A stretch of 64,000 nucleotides of DNA from Octopus sinensis. Lineage: Eukaryota. The notes below the pieces were generated by a model. That model was given only the letters and a program-made list of their open reading frames with translations. It was not told where the DNA came from and made no database searches. Made by a program: the position numbers and the translations under genes. Below, in pieces: positions 40,680 to 52,402 of this stretch. The stretch covers positions 22,320,001-22,384,000 of the forward strand of contig NC_042997.1 of NCBI RefSeq assembly GCF_006345805.1. The letters run 5' to 3'. How positions within the stretch are numbered: position 1 is the first letter of the stretch; each line of letters starts with the position of its first letter.

Positions 40680-41639
40680 TTTCATGCTCATATATGTATC
40701 TATGTGGAAGTTTATTTTTAGCTAAATATTTCTCCATAGAACAAAACCAAATTCTAACTCATTTTCTAACTCAAACTCTAATCATTTTCCTAAGTAGTTA
40801 CAAAATGAAGTGGTTAGGATAGAATGTGCTGGATACTCTTTTAGAGCAAAGAATGGCTTAAGTTTATCATTTCTCACTCATAAACCCCAGTCAGCTGGTG
40901 GGAGAATGGTGCAAGCTCTCCTATACAGTTGTTATCATCAGAGATTCAGGATATGAAGTAATGCAAGATCATAAGCTCTGAGAAGGAGATGTGAGATCTG
41001 ATTGGATGTGATCCAGGATGTCCTCATATGAAAAGTGAGAAGTGCAAGGATTGGTCACCAGTTTCAACATAATGGAAGGAATAATCCTTTTGTAACCTTA
41101 TTTGTATTGAAATATTCACATCATCATCATCAGTTATCATTTGTTTTCCATCTTGGCATGGGTTAAATGGTTTCATAAGATCTGACAAGGCCAGGAACCG
41201 CACCAGGATCCATAGTCTGTTTTGACTTGGGTTCTACAGTTGCATGCCCTTCCTAATGCCAACCACTTTATAGAGTGCACTGGGTGCTTTTTATGTAGCA
41301 CCAGTACCATTGCTTTTTACATGGCACCAGCACAAGTACTTTTAATGTGGCACCATCATCAGTGCTTTTTATGTGGCCAGTGTTTTCACTCAGACAGAGA
41401 GGACTTTGGTTGCCAATAGAGATAAAAGCTCTCTGAACTTATTCCATCCTATTCTTATTCCAGTAATAACACTTTCAGTACATCCTCCTCCACTACTAAC
41501 TAGGGCACCTAGGTAGCAGAAATTACCTACTACTTCCAGAGAATCTCCAGGACATTTGAGGAAATCAATTTCCTGTGTATCTGTAGTCTTTATGGCTCCT
41601 GTGTATCTTCAGCATACAAATACTACTTTCTCTGTTAAC

Positions 41640-41990
41640 CTTCTTACTATTTCACTACACCCCTTTTTGTCTAGAGCCTGCACTGGGTACACCGAATGGA
41701 ACTCCTACATACACTTTTCCTACATATCAAGCAGGGCCATTTAGCTGAAGTGGGTAGGGTCCTGTCTGTTTTCTTGTTTACTAGGATCTTGGTCTTTGCT
41801 AAGTTATCTGTATCTCTTGCCCACAAGCAGTCTAGCTGAGGCTCCCCTCCATTGTAGCTCTTGCACACAGCACATCTATTGCTCAAGCATTTCAACAATT
41901 TCATCAGACCTACCTTTCATTGCAACAATGTTGATTGTGGCAACTCTGAGCTTGTGAAAATGCTGAGAGGGGTGGTGGATGTTTTTTTCA
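41640..41990 (-). mobile_element. Internally deleted RTE-type LINE
   Basis: The endonuclease N-terminus (RVATINIVAMKGRSDEIVEMLE..CCVQELQWRGASAR) is joined directly to the post-RT region (NLAKTKILV...KWPCLICRKSVCRSSIRCTQC). Confidence 0.65.
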
Positions 41991-42648
41991 TTATTATCAA
42001 AGCAAGAATTAGTTTTCAGCAATGCAGAAGGAGCTGAGCACACTGCGATAATATATAATTCTAAATTATCATCATCGTCATAGTATACATATATATGCAT
42101 AAGCATACACATGTACACATAAGTGCACACATGAAAATGCATTACATGTAAAAACATGCATGTGGGTCCCACAGGATACTTATACACATACATGTACCAC
42201 ATACTCAAAAAAACAGTTCTCAGATTCTATTATCATCATTTGCAATATCTAATATATGTAAATACACACACACATACACACATATAACACACACACACTT
42301 GCATAATTAAGTGCACAAAAAAAATCATCTTGAAAGTAATGAAGAATTTTATGGCATTCAATAAATCAACTAACTTTTCATTATTGAGCTGGTATTTGGA
42401 ACATAATTTAACATTAGGCTTTTAAATAAATTATGGAAAGTTTTAATTTACAAATGAATATTTTAAAATGAGAGATGTGTCATAGTCCTGAAGGCAATTT
42501 CCAACATGTTATGAAAAGGTTTAAGTGGTCATTTGACCACAATCACAATGACTTTAACAAATCAGCCAATTTTTCCCATGTCTCATTTCTTTTTTTTGGG
42601 TTTTTTTTTTGTTAATTATTGTTCTTTTTATGTTTTCTTTCTTTATAG

Positions 42649-42737
42649 GCACTTGATCACTTGATGGATACAGAAAATATTAAAGGTTTTGCAGATGTAT
42701 TAGTGGCAAAAAGTGTGATTGAGGGGTTATGTCACCT
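42649..42737 (+). CDS. kcc: KCC coding exon 10 in window
   Basis: ALDHLMDTENIKGFADVLVAKSVIEGLCH(L); long T tract then tatag| and |gtgagt; phase 0-2, 89 nt. Confidence 0.94.
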
Positions 42738-42814
42738 GTGAGTACCCTTATAGACTTCAAATTAGAACATAAATTAATATTTTTTTATATCTTTATTTTA
42801 ATTTTTTTTTTCAT

Positions 42815-43325
42815 CACCATCATCAACATTTAACATCTATTTTCTATGCTGGCATGGGTTGGGTAGCTTGCCAGGAACTGGTAAGGCCAGGGGCCATGCC
42901 AGGTTCTATAGTCTGTTTTGGCTTACTTTCTACAGCTGGATGCTTTCTTAATGCCACAGAGTGTACTAGGTGCTTTTTATATGGCACCAGCACCACCACC
43001 AATGCTTTTTATGTGGCACCTTGGTTTTAGGATTTCAGTTCTGTTGTGGTTGGTGGGTCTTTTCAAGTACCGCAATGTGCCACATATCTCAGTCCTCTGT
43101 CATCTCCTTCATAAGACTCAATGTTTTGAGATTGGTCTTTAATACTTTGTCCCATGTCTTCCTGGGTCTCTGTCTTTCACGACTTCCCTCCACTTTATGT
43201 GAGTGGTGCTTCTTAATGCACCTTTCCTCATCCATCCATATCACATGACCATACCACTGCAGTCTTCTCTCTTGCACATTGCATATAGTTCTTCTTATGC
43301 CCAACTTCTCTCCTAATACACCATA
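42815..43325 (-). mobile_element. RTE LINE 3' end (ORF end + 3' UTR + (GAT)n tail)
   Basis: QERRLQWYGHVIWMDEERC...GSRERQRPRKTW, followed directly by the repeat-family C sequence. Confidence 0.8.
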
Positions 43326-43330
43326 CTTGT

Positions 43331-44160
43331 GAAGGTGCATGACTCAGTGGTTAGAGTATTAAGCTCACAAGCATGAGGTAGTGAGTTCAATTCCGAGACC
43401 AGACTATGTGTTGTGTTCTTGAGCAAGACACTTTATTTCACATTGCTCCAGTTCACTTACCTGTAAAAATTAGTTGTGATGTACATTATTTACATTCGAT
43501 GGATATTTGTCCTCATCTTGTTTATTGTTAACACATTTCAGCTGATATACCCTCCAGCCTTCTTCAGGTGTCTTGGGGAAATTTCGAACCTGGGTTCTCA
43601 TTCCTAAGGTATTTTTCAATGTTATTATTATTATTATTGTTATTGCTCAGGTCACTGCTTGGAATTGAACTCAGAATCTTAGGTTTAAGAGTGCGGACTA
43701 CTAACCCTAAGATTCTGAGTTCAATTCCAAGCATTGACCTGAACAATAACAATAATAATAATGATAATAATAACATCGAAAAATACTTTAGGAATGAGAA
43801 CCCAGGTTCGAAATTTCCCGAAGACACCTGAAGAAGGCTGGAGGGTATATCAGCCGAAACATTGTGTTAACAACAAACAAGATGAGGACAAATATCCGTC
43901 GAATATAAATAATGTAAATAATGTACATAATTCCTCATCTCTTAAATATAGAACTGTATTAGTTGTGATGTCACTAGTACCTAGCTGTATCGACATTTGC
44001 CTTTCCTTTGGATAACATCAGTGGTGTGGAGAAGGGAGGCTGGTATGCATGGGCAACTGCTGGTCTTCCATAACCAATCTTGCCCAGACATGTGCCTTGG
44101 AGATGAACTTTCTAGGTGCAATCCTATGGTCATTCGTGATTGAAGTGAGTCTTTACCCTT
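43331..44160 (+). mobile_element. tRNA-headed SINE family E, split by a fold-back insertion
   Basis: Head TGACTCAGTGGTTAGAG...GAGTTCAATTCC; resumes after the 13-bp duplication at 43958-43970; an uninterrupted antisense copy lies at about 38455-38790. Confidence 0.8.
43823..43868 (+). ncRNA. Minimal type I hammerhead ribozyme motif (stem III variant)
   Basis: GACAC-CTGAAGA-A-GGCTG-gagggtatat-CAGCC-GAAAC-ATT-GTGTT: intact core, perfect stem II, 5-bp stem I; the copy at 27517-27563 has the ACGT palindromic stem III. Confidence 0.6.
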
Positions 44161-44974
44161 GTTGCATACTGACATTGCACATCCAATGAAACATACTAGC
44201 TTCCTGAAAATAGACTCTGAACATAACTTGACACTTTAGCCACTATCGTCACTATCTGCAACCATACAAACATGCAGGCACTAAGCATCTCACTGAAATA
44301 TATCACACAATTATTGTTCTCTATTCACTGGCTATACTTATCAGAAACTTGACAAACGTAAATGGAGACATTGTGAGACCACACCCTTGAAGTCATAAAA
44401 GTATTTCCTCATAGCTGAGGTTTCTTCAACATCTGCTGATAGAGAAACTTTCTATTTTTTTTTTATAGAAAATGCAACTGTACCCAACACAAGAATATCA
44501 TCATCATCATCATCCTATAACGTCTGTTTTCCATGCTGGCATGGATTGGACTGTTTGACTGGAGCTGGCAAGATGGAGAGCTACTCCAGGTTCCAGTATG
44601 AGTTGGCTTGGACTTTATGGTTGGATGCCCTTCTTAATGCCAACCTCTTTACAGTGAGTGCTGGGTGCTTTTAATGTGGCACCACATGAGCACTTTTATG
44701 TGGCACTGGCATGAGTACTTTTTATATGGCACTGGCACAAGACACTTGCAGGCCAATCCTCCTCACTAAGGAGAGCAGCCTTATCACATTCCCTCCACAC
44801 TTTGTATGTAAACTCAGCAATGATATTAGATTTTAAATGTCATTTCAAAAGCTTTCATTAATATCATCATAATCATCATTTCATGTCCACTTTCCATACT
44901 GGCATATGCTGGATGGTTCAACAGGATCCAATCTTATAAGCCTCTTGTCCACTTCTGGCTTTCTCAATGTACTA

Positions 44975-45570
44975 CTTGTACTTGTGACAGCGTTCACCCA
45001 GGGCGGGTTGAGCCGGCTTCTTCTCTGGTCCTGACGGCATTACAAACCATGGTGGTCCTCACTCAACAGACCTGAGTGAGGTCACTGGAGATTGCAGATA
45101 TTCACGGTTCCATCTGCAGACCTGAGACTTTGGAGAGGTCCTCTTTTATTGTCATTGCCCAAGTCTTTAGCTGCCCGCCCGTGCGTTTGCGCCAGTTGGG
45201 AAGTGGAGGTGGGAGGAGAACATCGCAAATCAGCTCACCCTCTGAACACCAGGCTGCATGACCGAATCTCCTTAAGTGCCGTTGTACAAGCACCAAAGGG
45301 AGGGGCCGGAGATTCAGGTGATGACGAAGACCGGCTGTAGGAACCCGATCTATGCGTCGGCAACGAAGAAGGCAGCAGAGACATTCATTGTCGAACACCT
45401 CCAGCCTTCGCTAATCGACTACCCTCATAGGCTATGTTTCCCAACCATAGAGGAGGATAGCATGAATGACGGCCTGGTAGATTCGCCCTTTGGTCACTGA
45501 GGAGATCTCTCTTCTGTCCCACAGGCACCACTGGAGGCACACGAATGTAGATCTGGCAGCACCTATGCAC
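44975..45570 (-). mobile_element. GC-rich RTE LINE 3' fragment
   Basis: FDNECLCCLL...RHLRRFGHAA...PNWRKRTGGQLKTW, ending in a (CAAGTA)2 tail on the minus strand. Confidence 0.75.
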
Positions 45571-46317
45571 TTTCTAAATGATCACCAGATCACAGAACAA
45601 CAGACTTTCTAAATGTTGACAAATGCCAAGTACAGTGATTTACTCTAAGCTGAATACTTCTGCAGTAACCTCACTAAGAAGATGGCATCAGCAGTATTTC
45701 TTCCTGTATTTTTCCATAACTTTCATAACTGGGCACAGAAATTTGATACTCCTAAAATTACATCTTTCTCTACTCTTGTAGCAATTGATTATGATTCTGC
45801 TATGCCAGTCATTGGGTATGACATCTTACTGTATAACCTGAATGACTGACTGTACAATGACAATGTCATAATCTAGATATTTTTATTGTGCCTGGGGAGA
45901 GTCATTTTCTTTTTTTGTCTTATAATGTAACACACTCACCGGTAAAATTTCCACTTATTTCTTATTTTTATTTTCCTAAAGTTTTCGTTGCAACCTTTTC
46001 AATAGTTTTGAAAGGCAAAAAAAGAAAATGACTCTCCCCAGACACAACAGAATATGCTTCAACACACGAACTCATATAAAAAAATCTTGCAAACCAAATC
46101 CAAAAACGAAAAAAAAAAAGATATTTTTAAGTTTTCACTTGTATTTATGTTTTAGTCAGAAGAGGAAGACCATTCCTTTTTAGAGTTCCCAAGAACTGGT
46201 AGGAGGGAAGGAGAGAAGTTCTCAAACCAAAGACCTGGTTCAGATGTATGCAAAAGAGTACACTCTTCTAAAGGCACCTAAGAGCCAAGTGGTGGTGTTT
46301 AACTGGCCAACCATTTA

Positions 46318-47981
46318 TGAGGTGCATTCGAAAAGTATTTGACTTTATTTTGTCCTACCAAAACTAATGCCTATTTCTTTATTACCCACAAGGGGCTAAA
46401 CACAGAGGGGACAAACAAGGACAGACAAATGGATTAAGTCAATTACATCGACCCCAGTGCATAACTGGTACTTATTTAATCGACCCCGAAAGGATGAAAG
46501 GCAAAGTCGACCTCGGCGGAATTTGAACTCAGAATGTAGCGGCAGGCGAAATGCTTAGCGGTATTTCGCACAGCGTGCTAATGTTTCTGCCAGCTCACTG
46601 CCTTAAAAATTTCGCGGTCAGCCCAAGGCTATAGTAGAAGACACTTGCCCAAGGTGCCACACAGTGGGACTGAACCCGAAGCTATGTGGATGGTAAGCAA
46701 GCTACTTACCACTTAGCCACTCCTGCGCCTATGTGGACAAAATCTTACCACATAGCCACTTCTGCGCCCATGTGGGCAAAATCTTATGAGGGCAGTGACA
46801 CCACCCTTCCTGCAAATGCATGGAAATTTTTGCACTGGTAGGCCATGCCAGTTCTCAGCTGCTACTCCTAGTGTACAGACATGTAGTGTGTTCACTGGAT
46901 TTTCATTTTCATGCAAGATAACTGAACACATTGAGCAGAGGTATTGTATTAAGTTAGGTGATACTCAAGCTCAAACCATCCATAAGATTCATCAGGCTTT
47001 TGGTGATAATGCCATGATCAAGTAGTGATACGACCACTTCAAACATGGCTGCATCTTAGTGGAGAGTGAGGCATGCTCGGGTAGACCATCCATGAGCCAA
47101 AACAAGAAGCCGATTGAGAAGGTCCAGCAATTAGTTATGGAAGACCAACGTGTAACAATCCAGAAAATTGCTCACAAAGTGGGAATAAGCACAAGATCAG
47201 TGCATTCCATATTAATGGAGGATTTGTATATGTGGAGAGTGTCAGTGAAATTCATCTGCAAGGTGCTGCTGGTGGAGCACCTTGGGAAAATAGTTCAGGA
47301 CATGCTAGATTGTGCAAACCATGACCCAGGCTTCATGAAAACCATCATCATTGATGATGAAACATGGGTTTATGTTTATGACCTGGAAACCAAGTTCCAG
47401 TCCTCTTGATGGATGCATCCATCATCATCGAGGCCCAAAAAAGCATGACGGGTTTGCAGCAATGTGAAGATAATGTTTCTTTAACACATGTGGTATTGTG
47501 CATCAGGAATAGGCACCACAAAGCCAAACAATCAAGGAGGAAACCTATCTGGAGGTTATACATCACCTTCATGATGCTGTGTATTAAAAGTGGCTAGACA
47601 TGTGTGGAGAAGTATTGGCAACTTCACCATGACAATGCACCCATTCACTCCACCCACATAAACCAAGCTGTCCTCATCAAGAACACCATGCCAATTGTTC
47701 AAAAGGCTGCCTATTCTTCTGATTTAGCACCATGTGACTCCTAGCTCTTCCCCTATCTGAAAACCTCACTGAAAGCAGTTTGAATCACGAGAGGGAATTA
47801 TGAAAAAAGTAATATCAAAGCTCCATAGCATTCCAAAGGTATTACCAGCAGTGACAGAACTGCTGAGAAAAGTGTGTGAACTCCTAAAGGGAGTATTTTG
47901 AAGGTGATTAAATAAAATTTGTGAAATGTACAATTTCTGTTTTTTATACCCAAAGGTCAGATGCTTTTCGAACTCACTTCA
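46318..47981 (+). mobile_element. Mariner DNA transposon, degraded, with two nested SINEs
   Basis: TA-flanked imperfect TIRs of about 28 bp (TGAGGTGCATTCGAAAAGTATTTGAC / TGAAGTGAGTTCGAAAAGCATCTGAC); EQRYCIK, CSGRPS, DETWVY, HHDNAP, YSSDLAPCD motifs. Confidence 0.88.
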
Positions 47982-49819
47982 TACAACACTTCCAGTCTCT
48001 ACTACTATAGCTCCCTCATATTATACCCATTGAAAATCATTCTCTACTATTACCAGTCCTCTATCCATCTTCCCTGATGTATTTCATTTCCTACACAATG
48101 TTATAAGTAATGTAGTTAAGTACCATAGTACTTAATGTGGATCTATCAAGAAAACTTCAATTAACCATAATTGTAACCATATTAAGGGAAAACATTGTTG
48201 AACAATACTTAAGTACTTTACACAATTGTTTTTTCCTGAATTGCATCTCTTAAAATCTCCCTACTTATAATTTCCCTACAGCCAACTGTTGAAAATAAAT
48301 ATTAATGAGTCTACTCCACCCAAGTTATCCTTTTTCTGTATATAATGATTAGAGCCTTGAGTAGCTCAAGCTATTGTCCAGATACAGACAGAGACAGATA
48401 TATGACACACACCACAAGAAAGACAAAGCAGTCAGTTATAAAAAACTGCATAACTACTTTCTTGGTATATCATTGCTTTGACTTAGTATCCAGTTGACGA
48501 TGACTTAGTTTTTCAGCAAATTCATATGTGCTAATGTTTTTCAACAGTTGTACCAACTGTAATTTTTTCTCCTACAAAACTACCCATGCATGTAGCCAAA
48601 ACATATTAGATGCATGCTCACACGTATACATATACACTATCGTTCATTTGTTCATTTTATACCTGTTCTCCATGCTAGCATGGCTTCAATGAATAATATA
48701 TTACTACTGAGGCATTATTTTTGACCAAGACATTCTTCCAGTTACTGACTCTTACGTAGTTTACAAGTAAGGGATACCTTATTCACCGCATTTTGAGATG
48801 TGTTACGCCACTGGATGATCCAATGATAGGAGAAATAACAGTAACATCACAGTTCACAGCAGAACAATATTTGGAGAACCCCAATTATGCACATATGCAC
48901 CGTACACATGTATACACACACACATACACATACACACACACTGGGCTTCTTTGAGTTTTTGTCTGCCCCAAACCACATGATTGGGAAGCGAACTTCTTAA
49001 CTGCACACCCATACCGGCATCATATTATATATGTGTGAGTGTGCATGATAAAAAAGGCAGATATTAAAGTATTAATGGCTTGCATTAGGAAATGCATCCA
49101 ATCATAGAAACCATGACAAATCAGACTGGAGTCTGGTGCAGCTTGCCAGCCCTGGTCAAACCATCCAACCCATGCCAGCATGGACTACAGACGTTAAATG
49201 ATGATGATTATGAGTTACACTCTTCAAACACTAATAGATTGATACTCTGAGTTACTAAGTATCTAATCATAGTGTTTGCAACAGATCAGATTTATCAGAT
49301 TGGGCTACAAGTAATGAATTACTCTAATTTCCAGAACTGTACAGCCCCCTTTTTACCCCCCACTTTTCTCTTGTTGTAATTTTGTAAAAATCCAACTGAA
49401 TATGATATTAAACAATTGACTATGAAATTTGAACCAACCTACAGGCAACCGTTATGCATATATTTCTTTAAAATTTACCTGCAAACTTTTCATTTTTAAG
49501 TAACCCAATCTTTCATGCTACTTTTTATGAAATTGTTCTGGCAACTCTGTTACATAGGAAACTCATTCTTAAGATATTAAAAGTTCTTCTGCTTTTTGTT
49601 TTTCTCTTGCCTTTTTTAATACCAAACAGTATTTTTACATCTTATATTCAAATTTAGTGAACAATGCTGGAGTAATTTAAAAACTGAATGATAAAAAATA
49701 TTTTCACTGGTGTGTGTGTGTGTGTGTGTGTGTGTTATATTAAGTAAAAATGAAAGAAATCTAAGATAATTTGTTGCTGTTGAAATAACCCAAACATTTC
49801 AATGTTTACAATTTTACAG

Positions 49820-49926
49820 AACCCAAACAGCTGGCCTCGGTGGTTTGAAACATAACACAATTATGATCGGATGGCCCTATGGATGGAGACATAGTCCTGA
49901 GCAGAAGAGCTACAGGGTCTTTATAG
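49820..49926 (+). CDS. kcc: KCC coding exon 11 in window
   Basis: (L)TQTAGLGGLKHNTIMIGWPYGWRHSPEQKSYRVFI(D); ttacag| and |gtaaac; phase 2-1, 107 nt. Confidence 0.96.
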
Positions 49927-50167
49927 GTAAACCAATTAATTTCAAAATAATTACTACTGTGATGTCTTGGCACTTTTATTTTGAAAGCTTTATTACCTTG
50001 TTTCTCATGGCTGGCATCAGAAAGGATGATCAGTCTTAAAAATCATTGCCTCATCTGATCCATGCAAGCAGGGAAAAGTATACATGAAAATAATGGTGCT
50101 GATAGGCTTCCTCATATTTAAGAGGATTGCAAACATCTACTTTCTTGCCTTCTTAATTGTCTGTGGG

Positions 50168-50216
<49 letters not shown>

Positions 50217-50359
50217 TATTATTATTATTATTACCCCCACACTTTATGTCTGTCTTTGTATTGTCCCCCTCATCCTTTGCCCTTGTGGCAAATAAATGAA
50301 ATCATTCTTCTTCTTTTTCTTCTTCTTCTTCTTATTATTATTATTAAAGATATTACACA

Positions 50360-50942
50360 GTATACAATATCATGAGGTTGTTAATTGAAGATATTGTACT
50401 GCTTGTCAGGTCACAGCAAGGACCTCAGACAGACAGCACTTTGAGCAATATACGTGCAGTTCCAAGTAATGCCGACTTTTGCAATACACCTATATTGTGG
50501 GGTATTTCTGAAGTTTTCAGATGGTTTTTCAGATTGGGTGGTATTGAACCCAATGTTCCCATGACAACAGGGATAACCTTTATGTTTGACTCTCGTAGCT
50601 ACCACTTCTTAGCGATCTCAATTTGCAGGTCTCCATATCTATCAGCCTTTTCTCTTTCTTTCATGATGATATGTTGATCTCTTGGCACTGCCACGTCAAT
50701 TATTAGGCACTCTGGTTTGTAACTCCTAAAGGTTATTATATCTGGCTTTCAGTGCTCTAATACCTTGTCTGTCTGGAAGTCAAAGTCCCAGAGGATTTTT
50801 GTCTTCCCCTTTTCGTCCAATACCTTTTCCAGTGTATCTTGGTACCAAGCACCCATAGCCTCATATAGCCAGTGGAGGTTTTGGGCTACCTTGTCGTGTC
50901 TATGCTTGTACTCTTTCTGTGCAAGTCTTTCACAAGCACTAA
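50360..50942 (-). mobile_element. R4/Dong-like LINE C-terminal fragment between (TAA)n tracts
   Basis: SACERLAQKEYKHRHDKVA, ILWDFDFQTDK, KPDI, IIDVAVP, ALLGTA motifs; flanked by (ATT)n at about 50167-50232 and 50944-50968. Confidence 0.8.
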
Positions 50943-51179
50943 CCATTATTATTATTATTATTATTATTAAGGCAGTGAGCTGACAGAAACGTTAGCACTC
51001 CGGGTGAAATGCTTAGCTGTATTTATCTGCCGTTATGTTCTGAGTTCAAATTCCACCAAGGTCGACTTTACCTTTCATCCTTTCAAGGGTTATAAAATAA
51101 GTACTAGTTGAACACTGGGGTCAATGTAATCAACTCATCCCCTCCCCAAAAATTGTTGTTTTGTGGCAAAATCTGAAAC

Positions 51180-51213
<34 letters not shown>

Positions 51214-52285
51214 TAAGGCAGTGAGCTGGCAGAATTGTTAGCATGCCAGGCATAATGCTTAGCAGCATTTCATCCATCTTTATGTTCTGAGTTCAAATTC
51301 TGCTTAGGTCACCTTTGCCTTTCATCCTTTCAGGATTGATAAATTAAGTACTAGTGAAACACTGGGGTCAGTGTGATCAACTAGTTCCCTACTCCAAAAT
51401 TTCAGCCTTTGTGCCTATAGTGGAAAGGATAATTATTATTATTTATCAATCATATGTCATATGTTACTCTTATCTATCTGAATATATGATAATTTTAGTT
51501 ACATGTGTTAGTCTTGTATCTATTTTCAAACATAGACCTTTGCTAAACTTTTGGTCCATGGATGATATATTTATGTCTCATCCAAACTATTATCTTGTCC
51601 TAGTGACTTTAATATTTGTTACCACTCTCATAGTTAAGAATATAATTGATACTGTGTAACCATTACTTGCATGAGGAAACATAATAAAAATTTCTGCCAA
51701 ATAAAATTATAAATTCATACTCATCAACTCTCAATGATGTTGAAGTAGATATGTGACTTAATAGTCATGATACTAAGACAAGATTCTGACAACTGGATTA
51801 ACAAAGAGCCTTAATTGTGCATTTAAGGAATGTCTAATAAACAGTTATCAACTATACACTGTTTAATTTTTTTTTATTACCAATTTTCGTTATATGACTG
51901 TCGCAACATAACTGATGACTACATCAAACTAGAACTCTCCACACTTCAGAAAGTATCCTCTGCCATCTCATGTTATTCACTCCACAGTTTCTATCATCTG
52001 TGTTTCTCTCTTAACATATCCCACACATCTGGTTTTAGCAAGCCCATGCTATCTTTATTCCTGTTCGTATTATATTTGTCTTGATCTTTAAACATATGTT
52101 GATGACTATCATGTATGAAGAGATGATAAAAGTGTCCTTTTGAGTTGTGTCTTAAATGTGAATACTAATTTGATAAGACAAAAAAACGGTTATAAGCATA
52201 CATTCAGTTAACAACAAACATATTTCTTTTAAAATTTCTTTTTGGCTTAAATGTAATTATGTTTTTTTTTTATATCTCTTTATAG

Positions 52286-52402
52286 ACACCATCAGGAATG
52301 TTGCTGGTGCCCAGTTGGCATTAATGGCCGTAAAAGGCATTAACCAGTTCCCAGTTAACACGCAAAAACTAACCGGAACCATAGATGTCTGGTGGATTGT
52401 TC
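52286..52402 (+). CDS. kcc: KCC coding exon 12 in window
   Basis: (D)TIRNVAGAQLALMAVKGINQFPVNTQKLTGTIDVWWIV(H); ttatag| acceptor; ends at U12 donor ATATCCTT; phase 1-1, 117 nt. Confidence 0.95.

Noticed and set aside
43482-43957. CRISPR array or DNA-transposon TIR element
   Set aside because: Eukaryotic context; it is a single fold-back of a repeat that also occurs as a monomer (27378) and has a 13-bp retro-type TSD.
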